Of a stretch of 64,000 nucleotides of DNA, positions 1-9,532 are shown piece by piece. The notes under the pieces are model-generated. The model saw nothing but the letters and a program-made list of their open reading frames with translations. It did not search any database and was not told the origin of the DNA. Source of the stretch: Candidatus Poribacteria bacterium. GTDB lineage: Bacteria > Poribacteria > WGA-4E > WGA-3G. Positions within the stretch are counted from its first letter, which is position 1; every line of letters begins with the position of its first letter. Where the stretch lies: positions 4,448,001-4,512,000 of the forward strand of contig OZ240248.1 in the NCBI GenBank assembly GCA_965198235.1. The letters are read 5' to 3'. Made by a program: the position numbers and the translations under genes.

Positions 1-67
1 CGGGGTGCGTTGGGGGATTATGAGTAGAATGGATTGGAAACTTTCGAGAGTTCCTCCTTTGAGACGT

Positions 68-290
68 TTTATTTCAGGATGTCAATAGGTTCTTTGCGTT
101 CTCTATTGGTATCTACCAGATACACTAATCTCTCCATTCCATTGTTTTCTTTTGAAGTTCAAGTGCTGTATATTGGTCACGATATTCCTTCAAACCACCG
201 ATCCAATCTAATTTAGGTTTCTTTTTTCGCTTTGGAACCTTTTCAGTTAGAAGGGCATCAATGAAATGGATTACTTCTTTATGATATTGT
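68..290 (-). pseudogene. Degraded vapBC-like pair: DUF2281-like antitoxin lacking its N-terminus, followed by a PIN toxin start remnant (MYLVDTN)
   Basis: Manual minus-strand translation gives ...KEVIHFIDALLTEKVPKRKKKPKLDWIGGLKEYRDQYTALELQKKTMEWRD* (stop 125-127), overlapping a GTG at 123-125 that reads VYLVDTN and then stops early. Confidence 0.6.
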
Positions 291-291
291 T

Positions 292-344
292 AGGGGCGTT
301 TTGGTCATCTTCAAGAGTATAGACTTTGAAGAGAAAACGCCCCT
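292..344. repeat. Short palindromic/MITE-like element
   Basis: aggggcgtttt...aaaacgcccct inverted ends with inner tcttcaa/ttgaaga arms; sits where the antitoxin N-terminus should be. Confidence 0.55.
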
Positions 345-403
345 TACACTATCACGATACATTATTCATCGTGTTTTTACGATGAAATGTTTAACAATGG
401 TTA

Positions 404-1225
404 TCACTCGCTCTTTAGCCGTCCCCAGGTAACAGCGATTTTGCCTTCGGGCTTCACATCGGAAACGAGGAATTCCATGTCCTTCTGGATGTCTTTTTGC
501 GACAAGACTTCGCTGTAAATGGCGAATTCGTCAATAACACCGTGAGCTCCTGACGTGGTGGCTCTGTACTTAAACTTGTTATTTCCTCCGATTCTTGGGG
601 ATTCATGAAATTTGGGAAATCCCGCGAACCCTTTCGCTGTAGCGATTTCCTCGCCATCAAGGTAGAAGAAAGCATCCCCACCGAAATCCCAAGTTGCTGC
701 TATGTGCATCCACGTATCTTTTTTAACAACGTCAGCGGCCTGAGCGGCGAGATAATAGTCTGTATCCGGTGCGTCCTCTACCGCGAAGTGGAACTCATTT
801 TCCCGTTCTCCGATGACGGCACCTTTTCCAATGGAGAAGAAGACGACCGCATTGTTGGCATCGAATATCCTAAAGGTCCCAGCTTCCCCACCATTCCAGT
901 TAGGCTTAAACCAGAATAAAACGGTGCCGGGATCGGTCATCACGTAATCGAATTCAATGAACTGGTCCAAAGCTTTGCTGAGTTCGATGCCCATCCCGTA
1001 CGGACCTTTTTTACTTGGGACACGCTTTGCATTGCCCTCAATCCTGCCATCATTCCCATTGCCGCTGGCATCTTCAGCGACCTTCGCATTCTTTCCTGTG
1101 AAGGAAAACCAAACTTCGGGTTCCGGTGCGGTATGTCCAATATGAGAGAGCATCATCAAGCCAACTACAAGCATCAAACCAAGTGTTAAAGGTTTATAGA
1201 TAGACTGGATTGTTCGTTTAGACAT
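404..1225 (-). CDS. Secreted LamG/concanavalin-A-like jellyroll protein
   Basis: Signal peptide; DASGNGNDG, WMHIAATWD and GVIDEFAIY motifs; C-terminal GKIAVTWGRLK tail; AAGGAGG RBS before the ATG at 1225. Confidence 0.85.
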   Translation of the reverse strand: MSKRTIQSIYKPLTLGLMLVVGLMMLSHIGHTAPEPEVWFSFTGKNAKVAEDASGNGNDGRIEGNAKRVPSKKGPYGMGIELSKALDQFIEFDYVMTDPGTVLFWFKPNWNGGEAGTFRIFDANNAVVFFSIGKGAVIGERENEFHFAVEDAPDTDYYLAAQAADVVKKDTWMHIAATWDFGGDAFFYLDGEEIATAKGFAGFPKFHESPRIGGNNKFKYRATTSGAHGVIDEFAIYSEVLSQKDIQKDMEFLVSDVKPEGKIAVTWGRLKSE

Positions 1226-1517
1226 AGGGTCCTCCTTTTTAATGCAGATATACCTACTATCAAAATTAATTGAACATTCTAACACATTACGGAAAATTGT
1301 TTCGGAGTGGTTGACATTTTCCATTCGAGTTAGTGAGGTCGCCATAGACGGAACCGCCACCTGAATCCAAGGTGGGTTCTCACGACTCTGTCGCCAGCAC
1401 AATTACGGCAATCAGATACCGTTCTGCCAACATTGTAAATTATCTTGAAATTTAAAGCAATTCTTTATACTATATCTCGCAAGAAAATGATACCCTTATC
1501 CCAGTTGAGGAAAAGAT

Positions 1518-2327
1518 ATGACACCGAAACAGAAATACCTCTTTGACCTACGTGGCTACCTGCATTTAGAGAACGTCCTGACACCAGAAGAACTTAATAA
1601 CACACAGGCAGCAATCGAATGGCTTGTGCAAGCAGCACCAGATGAATTGCCACCCGGAATTAGTAGGGGTGGTGAAGGCTTCTCAAATGGATTTTCAGCG
1701 GACAAATCGCTTGAGGCGTTAACACTACATCCTGTTACCTGGCCCATCATCAAAGAATTGACATGGAATAAACCCCGTTTCAATCGTGGGTCGCTTGTCA
1801 TCAATACTCACGAGCAACAGGAGATGACACCCCTGCATTGTGCCGGTGAAGGTTTTCGTTGGACCCGGCGGTATGATGTCAAAAACGGTCAGATCTTCAC
1901 AAATGATGTCGTTGTTTTCTTCTATTTCACGGATGTCCATCCGGGGGACGGCGGTTTGATAGTTTTACCTGGCTCCCATAAGAGGGAGTTTGAACGTCCT
2001 GCAAATCTGTTTTTCTCTGAACCGGATAATCCAGATGCCCCGCTCCATCCGGCTCTTGTCAATGTGACACCGAAAGCGGGAGATGTCGTGATTATCACCG
2101 AAATGTTGACCCACGGTGTGCTGGTGTGGAAACCGATGGACCGGGATCGGCGATTCCTAATCCTGCGGTATAAGACCCAGTTTTTTCAAGATGAGCGTGG
2201 TGTCCGAGAAGCCTTTCCACCGGAAGTGATAGAGAGACTCTCTCCTGAGACGAAAGCACTGGCGGCTTATGGCTCAGAGTGGGAAATAAAGGACCTCGTG
2301 AAACAGGATATCGTGACGTTGACGTAA
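1518..2327 (+). CDS. PhyH-family Fe(II)/2-oxoglutarate oxygenase (HxA variant)
   Basis: FDLRGYL start, DGGLIVLPGSH, LTHG, RRFLILRY. Confidence 0.85.
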   Translation: MTPKQKYLFDLRGYLHLENVLTPEELNNTQAAIEWLVQAAPDELPPGISRGGEGFSNGFSADKSLEALTLHPVTWPIIKELTWNKPRFNRGSLVINTHEQQEMTPLHCAGEGFRWTRRYDVKNGQIFTNDVVVFFYFTDVHPGDGGLIVLPGSHKREFERPANLFFSEPDNPDAPLHPALVNVTPKAGDVVIITEMLTHGVLVWKPMDRDRRFLILRYKTQFFQDERGVREAFPPEVIERLSPETKALAAYGSEWEIKDLVKQDIVTLT

Positions 2328-2341
2328 TCAGGTCAATTGCA

Positions 2342-2749
2342 ATGGAAATTGTCAAAGCTGAACTCGCTGATGTCGAAACGCTTGCTGAACTGAATAAGCA
2401 CCTCATTGAGGACGAGCAGCACCCGAATCCGATGAACATCACCCAACTCACGCAACAGATGAAAGAGTGGTTGGCAACCGACTACATCTGTTATATGGCG
2501 AAGCAGAAGGACAGCATTGTCGCCTACTGCTTATACAGAGATGACGGTAGATACTACTACATGCGGCAATTGTACGTAGACAGCGCACATCGACGAAAGG
2601 GCATCGCTACACAGTTGCTTGATTGGCTATACGAAAACGTATGGACGGATAAGAAAGTCAGATTGGACGTACTTGCCCATAACGAAGATGCCGTCGCCTT
2701 TTACAAGAGATACGGCTTCAGAATCGGTGTCTTTAGAATGGAAAAATAA
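2342..2749 (+). CDS. GNAT N-acetyltransferase
   Basis: LYVDSAHRRKGIA acetyl-CoA motif; N..AVAFYKRYGF. Confidence 0.85.
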   Translation: MEIVKAELADVETLAELNKHLIEDEQHPNPMNITQLTQQMKEWLATDYICYMAKQKDSIVAYCLYRDDGRYYYMRQLYVDSAHRRKGIATQLLDWLYENVWTDKKVRLDVLAHNEDAVAFYKRYGFRIGVFRMEK

Positions 2750-2768
2750 TCCGAGACTTACTGTACAT

Positions 2769-2798
2769 TTGACACAGATTCTTTATTAGTGTTATCAT
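2769..2798 (+). promoter_or_regulatory. Sigma70-type promoter
   Basis: TTGACA-18 bp-TATCAT upstream of 2898. Confidence 0.5.
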
Positions 2799-2897
2799 AT
2801 ATAAAGGTAGTGTTGTTTTGTTAACATGTAATGAAACTCAGGACTATAACCATTTACGTCACGAGATATCTTAGTCTAACATATTGAGATCACCGTC

Positions 2898-4055
2898 ATG
2901 GCTGAACATATTAATGGGATTAACCCCGACATCCTCAAATGGGCACGTGAACGCTCCGGTTACACGGCGGAAGCGATCGCTAATGCTTTGAACAAACAGG
3001 TCTCAATTGTCAATGATTGGGAATCTGGAGAACGCGCGTTGACTTATGTTCAGCTTGAAACGTTAGCTGACAAATACAAGCGTCCCATTGCCATTTTCTT
3101 CTTCCCAGAACCTCCTGAAGAATCAAACACTACCGAGAATCCCGCGTTACGAAGTTCTGATAATGACCACTTGGATCCACGTATCCATATTCTGTTGCGA
3201 CAGGCTCATGCGCGGCAGCTTTCTCTAATGGAACTAAATCTCGGTGCTAATCCATCGGAAAAGAAAATCTTCCGAGATATGCAGGCACAACCTACTGATT
3301 CAGCTATAACGTTAGCACAACAAACCCGCATGTACCTGAACATAAGTGTTGATACGCAGGTAGGTTGGAACAGCGTGACAGATGCACTCGAAAATTGGCG
3401 AGACAGCGTTGAGGAAAATGGGATTTTCGTTTTTAAAGAGGCATTCAAAGACGAATCGGTTGATGGTTTCTGTCTCGTACACAATGAGTTCCCAGTAGTC
3501 TATCTAAACAATAGCAGACCCTTTGTCAGACAGATTTTCTCGCTCTTTCATGAGTTGGGACACCTTTTGCTTGGTGAGAATGGTATCACACGCCGCACTA
3601 ATCCTACAAACGGGAACATTGAGACATTCTGTAACCAATTTGCTTCTGAATTTTTGGTCCCATCCGATGATTTGGAAACTCAACTCAATTCCCCTGTATA
3701 CGATGACAACGCAATAAAAGTGTTAGCAACTCGATACAAAGTTAGCCGTCCGGTTATTTTGGTGAAGTTAGTCAACAGTGGTATCCTCACACGGGAAAAT
3801 TATCGCGAACGAATGGAACGATGGACTCAAGAACACGAACGTCATATAAAAAAAAGAGCAGGCAGCAATTCACCAAGCGGCGGGAATTATTATAACACTC
3901 ACGTGGCATATTTAGGTTACAGGTTCATGGAACTCGCGTTCAGCAAATATCGTCAAGGACACTGTTCAATTGATCAACTTGCTGAATATCTAAGTACCAA
4001 AGTTAAACATCTGCCTGAGCTAGAAGGTCGCCTATCAAGAAAGGCACTCGGTTAA
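2898..4055 (+). CDS. XRE HTH plus ImmA/IrrE-family Zn metallopeptidase
   Basis: N-terminal HTH (ILKWARERSG...WESGE); RQIFSLFHELGH (HExxH); ETFCNQFASEFL. Confidence 0.9.
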   Translation: MAEHINGINPDILKWARERSGYTAEAIANALNKQVSIVNDWESGERALTYVQLETLADKYKRPIAIFFFPEPPEESNTTENPALRSSDNDHLDPRIHILLRQAHARQLSLMELNLGANPSEKKIFRDMQAQPTDSAITLAQQTRMYLNISVDTQVGWNSVTDALENWRDSVEENGIFVFKEAFKDESVDGFCLVHNEFPVVYLNNSRPFVRQIFSLFHELGHLLLGENGITRRTNPTNGNIETFCNQFASEFLVPSDDLETQLNSPVYDDNAIKVLATRYKVSRPVILVKLVNSGILTRENYRERMERWTQEHERHIKKRAGSNSPSGGNYYNTHVAYLGYRFMELAFSKYRQGHCSIDQLAEYLSTKVKHLPELEGRLSRKALG

Positions 4056-4525
4056 TGGCTTACGTATTTGACAATAATAGTTTTAGAGTGCTTGGCAATT
4101 ACTATCCCGATCACTTTCTGGCTTTTTGGCGAGAATTCAATCAGGCAGTAAAGATTGGAAGAATAATCTCTGTAAGGGAGGTACGTAGAGAACTAGATGT
4201 CTACGTGCGCCATCCTCACTTATCTGATTGGATAGAAAGGCACAAAAACATTTTTCTTCCGCCTAACGCAACGGAAATGCGGTTTGTCAGTGAGATTTTT
4301 GCAATTCAGCATTTCCAGTCATTAGTAAGGAAACAAATCCTTTTAGAAGGTGGACTATGCACTGATCCATTTATTGTTGCAAAGGCAAATTTTATAAACG
4401 GTTGTGTTGTCACAGAGGAAACAGTACAACCGAATGCTGCAAAAATCCCAAACATTTGCGAGCATTTTGATGTGGAATGGACAAACCTCCAAGGATTCAT
4501 GGAAAAAGAGAGTTGGACCTTCTAA
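4055..4525 (+). CDS. DUF4411-family PIN-like nuclease
   Basis: YVFDNNS, DPFIVAKA, VVTEE, KIPNICEHF; start overlaps the upstream stop. Confidence 0.85.
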   Translation: MAYVFDNNSFRVLGNYYPDHFLAFWREFNQAVKIGRIISVREVRRELDVYVRHPHLSDWIERHKNIFLPPNATEMRFVSEIFAIQHFQSLVRKQILLEGGLCTDPFIVAKANFINGCVVTEETVQPNAAKIPNICEHFDVEWTNLQGFMEKESWTF

Positions 4526-4567
4526 CTTTAGTAACGTGAGTTCGATAATAAAAATAGAAATGTACAC

Positions 4568-4799
4568 GTAGGTTGGGTAGAGCGGTAAAAGACCAAATAC
4601 CCTTCGGTTCTACACACAACTTTGATGCGCAATGAACCGTTCAAGAAAATAGATATAGCGAAACCCAACACCCCAAAGCTCCAGGTCTCGCAATACGTTG
4701 GGTTTCACTCGACATATTTTCAACACGAGTCTCCTGAAAAGCAGCGGTTCTCTTGGAAGAATAGAGGCACACCTTTGATGACCGTTCTACCCAACCTAC
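4568..4799. repeat. REPIN-like doublet of GTAGGTTGGG REPs with long loops
   Basis: gtaggttgggtagagcgg...gaaacccaac / gttgggtttc...ccgttctacccaacctac; a single related unit at ~21433-21537. Confidence 0.7.
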
Positions 4800-4858
4800 G
4801 GGAACCAATGCATATATCGAACTCACGTTTTAGTAGAGAAAATCTAAGGGAATCAACG

Positions 4859-5773
4859 ATGAAATATGATAACGTCAATCGCACCTTTGATTGTGAACCG
4901 ACGCTCACTGATACACAAATGCTGCAGTATTGTCGAGATGGCTACCTTCAACTCCAAGGAGTCGTCCCTGACGAAATTAATCAGCGCACCTGTGACTACC
5001 TCAACGGCGATTTGCCGATAAATCCGTGTTTCATGCCCGACGGGATAACACACGCCGATTTAGAGCGAATGCGGGATACGCACGAACCGAGCTCCATTCT
5101 GCTTGAGGACTGGTACATCGAGCATGTGCTGCTGAATCGTGAACTCGCTGGAGCATTGCGCTCATTACTCGGTAAGGATGTCGGATTGCCGGTGTTAGTA
5201 AGCAACCATCGTGTTGAGTGTCCGATGCCCGCACAGGGATGGCATCACGATGCAGACCATGTCTTTGGACCTGAAACCAATTTCCTCGAGGTCTTTTATT
5301 TCCCACAGGATACACCGATGGAATTGGGTCCGACGGAACTGATGCCGGGTTCACATATCCGTTCCACAAATCGAGATATAGCCGAGAAAGGTGTTTCAAG
5401 TGATGGACCCGCAGGTTCTTTCGTTATTCACTCGCAAAGCATCCTCCATCGTCGCGGTGAGTCCACAGCAGAAGGGCTGCGCCACATGTTGAAATACAGT
5501 TATTGGCGAACGGTCCCACCAACACAGGATTGGAAGGAAGAGCCAGAATTTGACCTCCAAACCGCTGAATATGGCGGGCACGGTGTAGCGAGATACGTGG
5601 CACACATGTTCTATTGGCTCTGCGGCAAAGGTGAGGAATTTCGTCTTATCGGTGGGCAAGCGTGGCCCTGGTCGAGTGTGAACCAAATCGGACCCTCTTA
5701 CGGCTTTGGACACAAAGAAGGCTACCTCCCGAACTGGCGGAAGAACAATCCAGACGATTACGCGATTTCATAG
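4859..5773 (+). CDS. PhyH-family dioxygenase
   Basis: RDGYL, WHHD, GPTELMPGSH, ILHR; true start is probably the ATG at 4859 after an AAGGG RBS. Confidence 0.85.
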   Translation: MKYDNVNRTFDCEPTLTDTQMLQYCRDGYLQLQGVVPDEINQRTCDYLNGDLPINPCFMPDGITHADLERMRDTHEPSSILLEDWYIEHVLLNRELAGALRSLLGKDVGLPVLVSNHRVECPMPAQGWHHDADHVFGPETNFLEVFYFPQDTPMELGPTELMPGSHIRSTNRDIAEKGVSSDGPAGSFVIHSQSILHRRGESTAEGLRHMLKYSYWRTVPPTQDWKEEPEFDLQTAEYGGHGVARYVAHMFYWLCGKGEEFRLIGGQAWPWSSVNQIGPSYGFGHKEGYLPNWRKNNPDDYAIS

Positions 5774-5893
5774 GTAGAGCGATTTATCGTGAAATCTACG
5801 ATACGCTGTGTCTCGCGAGGTTAGGATAGACCCGCGTGTGGGTTCTTTTAAGGTCAGAGCCTATATTGCGCCGTCTCACACAAAATTTCAAAG

Positions 5894-6154
5894 TTATCGA
5901 CCCAATACATCGAGTTCAACACGAAAACGCTTTTCAGTGGCATCAAGCAACTCTTCGATGACTTTCTCTGTGCTCCCAGACTCCGCAACAAGGGATTCCA
6001 TTTGCTCCACTGCAAAAGATTGAACATGGCTAAAACAATTCTTAGAAGACTTGTCGAGATGATTCCCAACGTTTAAACTCAGCACCAACAAAAGAGCTCG
6101 TTCCAATTTTTCAATGCGCTCGTCCCGCGCTTTGAGTTCTTCCAACACATCCAT
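5894..6154 (-). CDS. Small helical hypothetical protein
   Basis: 86-aa ORF of coiled-coil character; upstream extended -10-like TGTGATATACT and a leader hairpin. Confidence 0.5.
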   Translation of the reverse strand: MDVLEELKARDERIEKLERALLLVLSLNVGNHLDKSSKNCFSHVQSFAVEQMESLVAESGSTEKVIEELLDATEKRFRVELDVLGR

Positions 6155-6369
6155 TCAAATTTACCGGTCCCCAGTCCATTTATCCCCCTGCGCAGGTGGG
6201 AGGGTGACAGACCGACCGTGCGGTCGGCTTCGCAGTGCCACCCAAACTGGTTTGAACAGTATATCACAACAAAAAAATAAAATTACACACGGAAGTGTAC
6301 GGCACCAGTCGAGAAATACCTTTCACGGAAAGATTGTCTGAATTTCCACAAGGTGTTCTCTGAGAAGAA

Positions 6370-6468
6370 GTCGCGATCGGGAGATCGTTCCTACAAAAGA
6401 GAGAAGAAGTCGCGACCGGGAGATCGCTCCTACAGAAGAGGGAGTCGGGATTCGGAGATCGCTCCTAC
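6370..6468 (-). repeat. Three tandem GTAGGAGCGATCTCC-type REP hairpins
   Basis: Copies at 6370, 6409 and 6444; same family at 13706, 13899, 26307, 26665 and 61984. Confidence 0.8.
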
Positions 6469-6481
6469 AGAAGAGATAGGA

Positions 6482-8155
6482 CTAATCTTCGGAGATAACA
6501 AATACCTGATTCGTTTCAACGTTCTGTAAGGTTTGGACGCCGCCACAGAGCCACCGCACCGTCAGCGTATCAACCGACGTCGCGGCACCCAACCCAAAAT
6601 GTAAACGGAGATCGTTCTGACTGAGGTAACCCGAACCGCTTTTGACCTCACGCATCTGTGTCAAACCCCCAGAAACAACAGTCACACGTGCCCCAATCGC
6701 ATCTCGGTTGCAATGTGTACCGATTAGCTTGACAGCCAACCACTGCGACGCGTTGGCACCGTTATTTCGCAAAACGGTCGGCGTGTCTTTGAGGTTGGAG
6801 ATAACAATGTCAATATCACCATCGTTATCAATATCGCCGAAGGCAGTACCTCGACTCACTTTTTGCTGTGCTATCGCCGCGTCAGAATTTTCCGTAAAAC
6901 GGACACCCCGATCATTCAGGAAAAGTTGATTCGGCTGTGCGTACGTGCCAATCGGATCGATTTCCGAGATATTATCATCCAGATGCCCATTGGCAATAAA
7001 CAGATCCAACCAGCCGTCATTGTTAAAATCGATGAAATCGACACCCCACGCCAAATAGGGCAGGCTTTTCTCACCGATCCCTTTGGCGAAACTCATTTCA
7101 GTAAAGAATCCGCTCTGGGCATTGTGATAGAGACTATTCGTCTGATCCTGAAAATTCGTAATCACGATATCGAGATAGCCATCGTTGTCAAAATCGCCGA
7201 GGTTTGCGCCCATCCCGCTATAAGCACGTCCTTCCTCGCTGAGCGCAACGCCTGCGAAAAGTGCGTCCTCCGTCATTTCAACACCGTTCCGTTCGTTGCG
7301 ATAGAGAAAATTCGGGGTGGTATCGTTCGCAACGAAAATATCGACATCTCCATCGTTATCAATATCGCCGCAAACAACCCCTAATCCCTTCCCATTCGCC
7401 GCGCCCACTCCTGCCTTCTCCGAGACATCCGTGAAGGTGGCATCGCCGTTGTTACGGTAGAACACATCGGCAACGCCGGGTAGTGCTTCCGGTGTGCAAT
7501 ACGTTGGAATCCCCTGTCGAGTGCATATCGGATTCATATCTGGATCGAACTGAACATAGTTGACGACATAGAGATCCAGATACCCATCGGCATCAACGTC
7601 TACAAAGGTACACCCACTACTGAATTGATTGCCATCAACACCGGCAGCGTCAGCGACATCTGTAAAAGTGCCGTCCCCATTGTTGCGATAAAGCACATTC
7701 GGACCGTAGTTCGTCACATAGAGATCCGTGAAACCATCGTTGTCATAATCACCGACGCAGCACCCTAATCCGTAGCCCGTATCACCGACAGATGCCTTGT
7801 CCGTTATATCGGTGAAAGTGCCACCATCATTGCGGTAGAAACGGTTTGTCGGCGGAATTGGCGAGGTCATCCCCGGTAAATCGCTACCGTTGACGAAATA
7901 GAGATCTAAATCTGTGTCATTGTCAAAATCGAAGAGAGCAACACCACTGCCGATCGGTTCAATAAAGTACTTCTTACCACTCTCACCGTTGATATGCTGA
8001 AATTCGATACCAAGTTCCGCTGTTACATCGGTGAAACGCATATCTTGGTTTCGTGAAGAAACGGGTTGTGCGAATGCGGATTTCAGGACGGCGTGTAAGA
8101 TGAAGAGGAGAATGGTAAAACCGATTGTGGGTATCGTCAATTTTTTGTAACGCAT
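6482..8155 (-). CDS. CRTAC1-like FG-GAP repeat / ASPIC-UnbV protein
   Basis: Repeated GDxDNDGxxD motifs; C-terminal AIGARV...GSGYLSQ..LHFGLG; signal peptide. Confidence 0.92.
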   Translation of the reverse strand: MRYKKLTIPTIGFTILLFILHAVLKSAFAQPVSSRNQDMRFTDVTAELGIEFQHINGESGKKYFIEPIGSGVALFDFDNDTDLDLYFVNGSDLPGMTSPIPPTNRFYRNDGGTFTDITDKASVGDTGYGLGCCVGDYDNDGFTDLYVTNYGPNVLYRNNGDGTFTDVADAAGVDGNQFSSGCTFVDVDADGYLDLYVVNYVQFDPDMNPICTRQGIPTYCTPEALPGVADVFYRNNGDATFTDVSEKAGVGAANGKGLGVVCGDIDNDGDVDIFVANDTTPNFLYRNERNGVEMTEDALFAGVALSEEGRAYSGMGANLGDFDNDGYLDIVITNFQDQTNSLYHNAQSGFFTEMSFAKGIGEKSLPYLAWGVDFIDFNNDGWLDLFIANGHLDDNISEIDPIGTYAQPNQLFLNDRGVRFTENSDAAIAQQKVSRGTAFGDIDNDGDIDIVISNLKDTPTVLRNNGANASQWLAVKLIGTHCNRDAIGARVTVVSGGLTQMREVKSGSGYLSQNDLRLHFGLGAATSVDTLTVRWLCGGVQTLQNVETNQVFVISED

Positions 8156-8176
8156 AGTCTATGTATATGGTATAAT

Positions 8177-8285
8177 GGCTATCAGCATATTGGCTATCGG
8201 CAATTAGCCATCGGCTTTCAGTTAAGAGGTTTTCTGGTGAAGTTACACCCTCTTGCTGATGGCTGACTGCTGAGGGCTGAGGGCT
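8177..8285. repeat. Degenerate heptamer tandem repeats in inverted arrangement
   Basis: gctatcagc/gctatcggc/gccatcggc ... gctgatg gctgact gctgagg gctgagg; similar cagtcag runs at ~26647 and ~26846. Confidence 0.55.
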
Positions 8286-8322
8286 ATTTCTCTGACGACT
8301 TATAAAAAAAGGAGAATTTCTA

Positions 8323-9294
8323 ATGGCTAATACTCTACGTTTTGGCGTTATCGGTTTAGGTATGGGCATGAACCGCTCTGGTGTGATCCACAGTACAGAC
8401 GGAGCAGAACTCGTCGCTGTAGCGGATCTTGTCGAAGAGCGGCGCAAAACGGCTGAAGAACGCTTCGGCTGCGAAAGCCACGACGACGCGCTTGAGATGT
8501 TCGATCGCGACGACATCGACGTGGCAATGATAATGACTCCGAGCGGTCTCCACGGAAAATTTGGAGAAGAAGCCGCACGCCGCGGTAAACACGTCATCAC
8601 CACAAAACCGATGGACGTCAGCGTTGAAAATTGCAACTCCCTCATCAAAACTTGCGAAGACAACGATGTCAAACTGCTTGTCGACTTCGGTGAACGATAC
8701 GGCACACATAATCGCCAGATCCAGCATGTACTCGCAACCGGTGGACTCGGTAGACCGCTGCTCTGCGAACTCCGCATGAAGTGGAAACGTCCGGATAGTT
8801 ACTACGTCGGTTGGCACGGCACGTGGAAACTCGACGGTGGCGGCTCTATTATGAACCAAGGCGTGCATTACATCGACCTGATGCTCTGGTTTATGGGTCC
8901 CGTCAAACGTGTTATCGGTGCGCACTTCGATGTCTACGATCACGAAAATTGTGAAACCGAGGACATGACCTCGGCGATCCTCGAATTTGAAAACGGTGCG
9001 CTCGGACACGTACTGACAACGACAACCTTCCCCGGTAGTAGCGTCTCAATGATCCACGTCCACGGCGAAAAAGGCATCGTCGGTCTCGGACCGGACATTT
9101 GGGAGTTCGTCGATGACGATGAACCGAACATCGAACTTCCGGCGTATCCGAACAGCGTGATTGAGGACGCGCTCCAGGTCATCAATGATGGTGCATCACC
9201 GGCAGTTGATGGCTATGAGGGCAGACGTTCTGTCGCACTCAACATGGCCATCTACGAATGTGCCCGTACCGGCAAAACGGTTGAATTATCATAG
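8323..9294 (+). CDS. Gfo/Idh/MocA oxidoreductase
   Basis: GVIGLG Rossmann motif, TKPM, GGGSIMNQGVHYID. Confidence 0.9.
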   Translation: MANTLRFGVIGLGMGMNRSGVIHSTDGAELVAVADLVEERRKTAEERFGCESHDDALEMFDRDDIDVAMIMTPSGLHGKFGEEAARRGKHVITTKPMDVSVENCNSLIKTCEDNDVKLLVDFGERYGTHNRQIQHVLATGGLGRPLLCELRMKWKRPDSYYVGWHGTWKLDGGGSIMNQGVHYIDLMLWFMGPVKRVIGAHFDVYDHENCETEDMTSAILEFENGALGHVLTTTTFPGSSVSMIHVHGEKGIVGLGPDIWEFVDDDEPNIELPAYPNSVIEDALQVINDGASPAVDGYEGRRSVALNMAIYECARTGKTVELS

Positions 9295-9367
9295 ACTTCT
9301 CTCCGAGGCGGGTCTCGGTACCCGCCCATTTTCTTGTCCGGCTTCACTCACCCAAACCACATCTTAT

Positions 9368-9396
9368 TTGCAATTCAGGTAAAAACTTGGTATAAT
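9368..9396 (+). promoter_or_regulatory. Sigma70 promoter of mtaB
   Basis: TTGCAA-17 bp-TATAAT. Confidence 0.6.
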
Positions 9397-9532
9397 ATCT
9401 ACCAACAAACCAGAGATTCATCTGATAGATACTTAAAAAATGGACACCCTCGCGAAGCCGTACCGAATGTAACAGGAAACCATTTTTTTGAAACCGTCAA
9501 AAAAATGAGCAGAAAGGCCCATAATTAAAAAT

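Noticed and set aside
1320-1430. Possible riboswitch upstream of the LamG gene
   Set aside because: Hairpins are present but I cannot recognise any family consensus
4622-4858. N-terminal extension of the PhyH ORF
   Set aside because: Read-through across a REPIN; a better start with RBS exists at 4859
6361-6480. Possible CRISPR mini-array
   Set aside because: Spacers are only 10-14 bp and similar to each other; the units are dispersed REP hairpins; no cas genes
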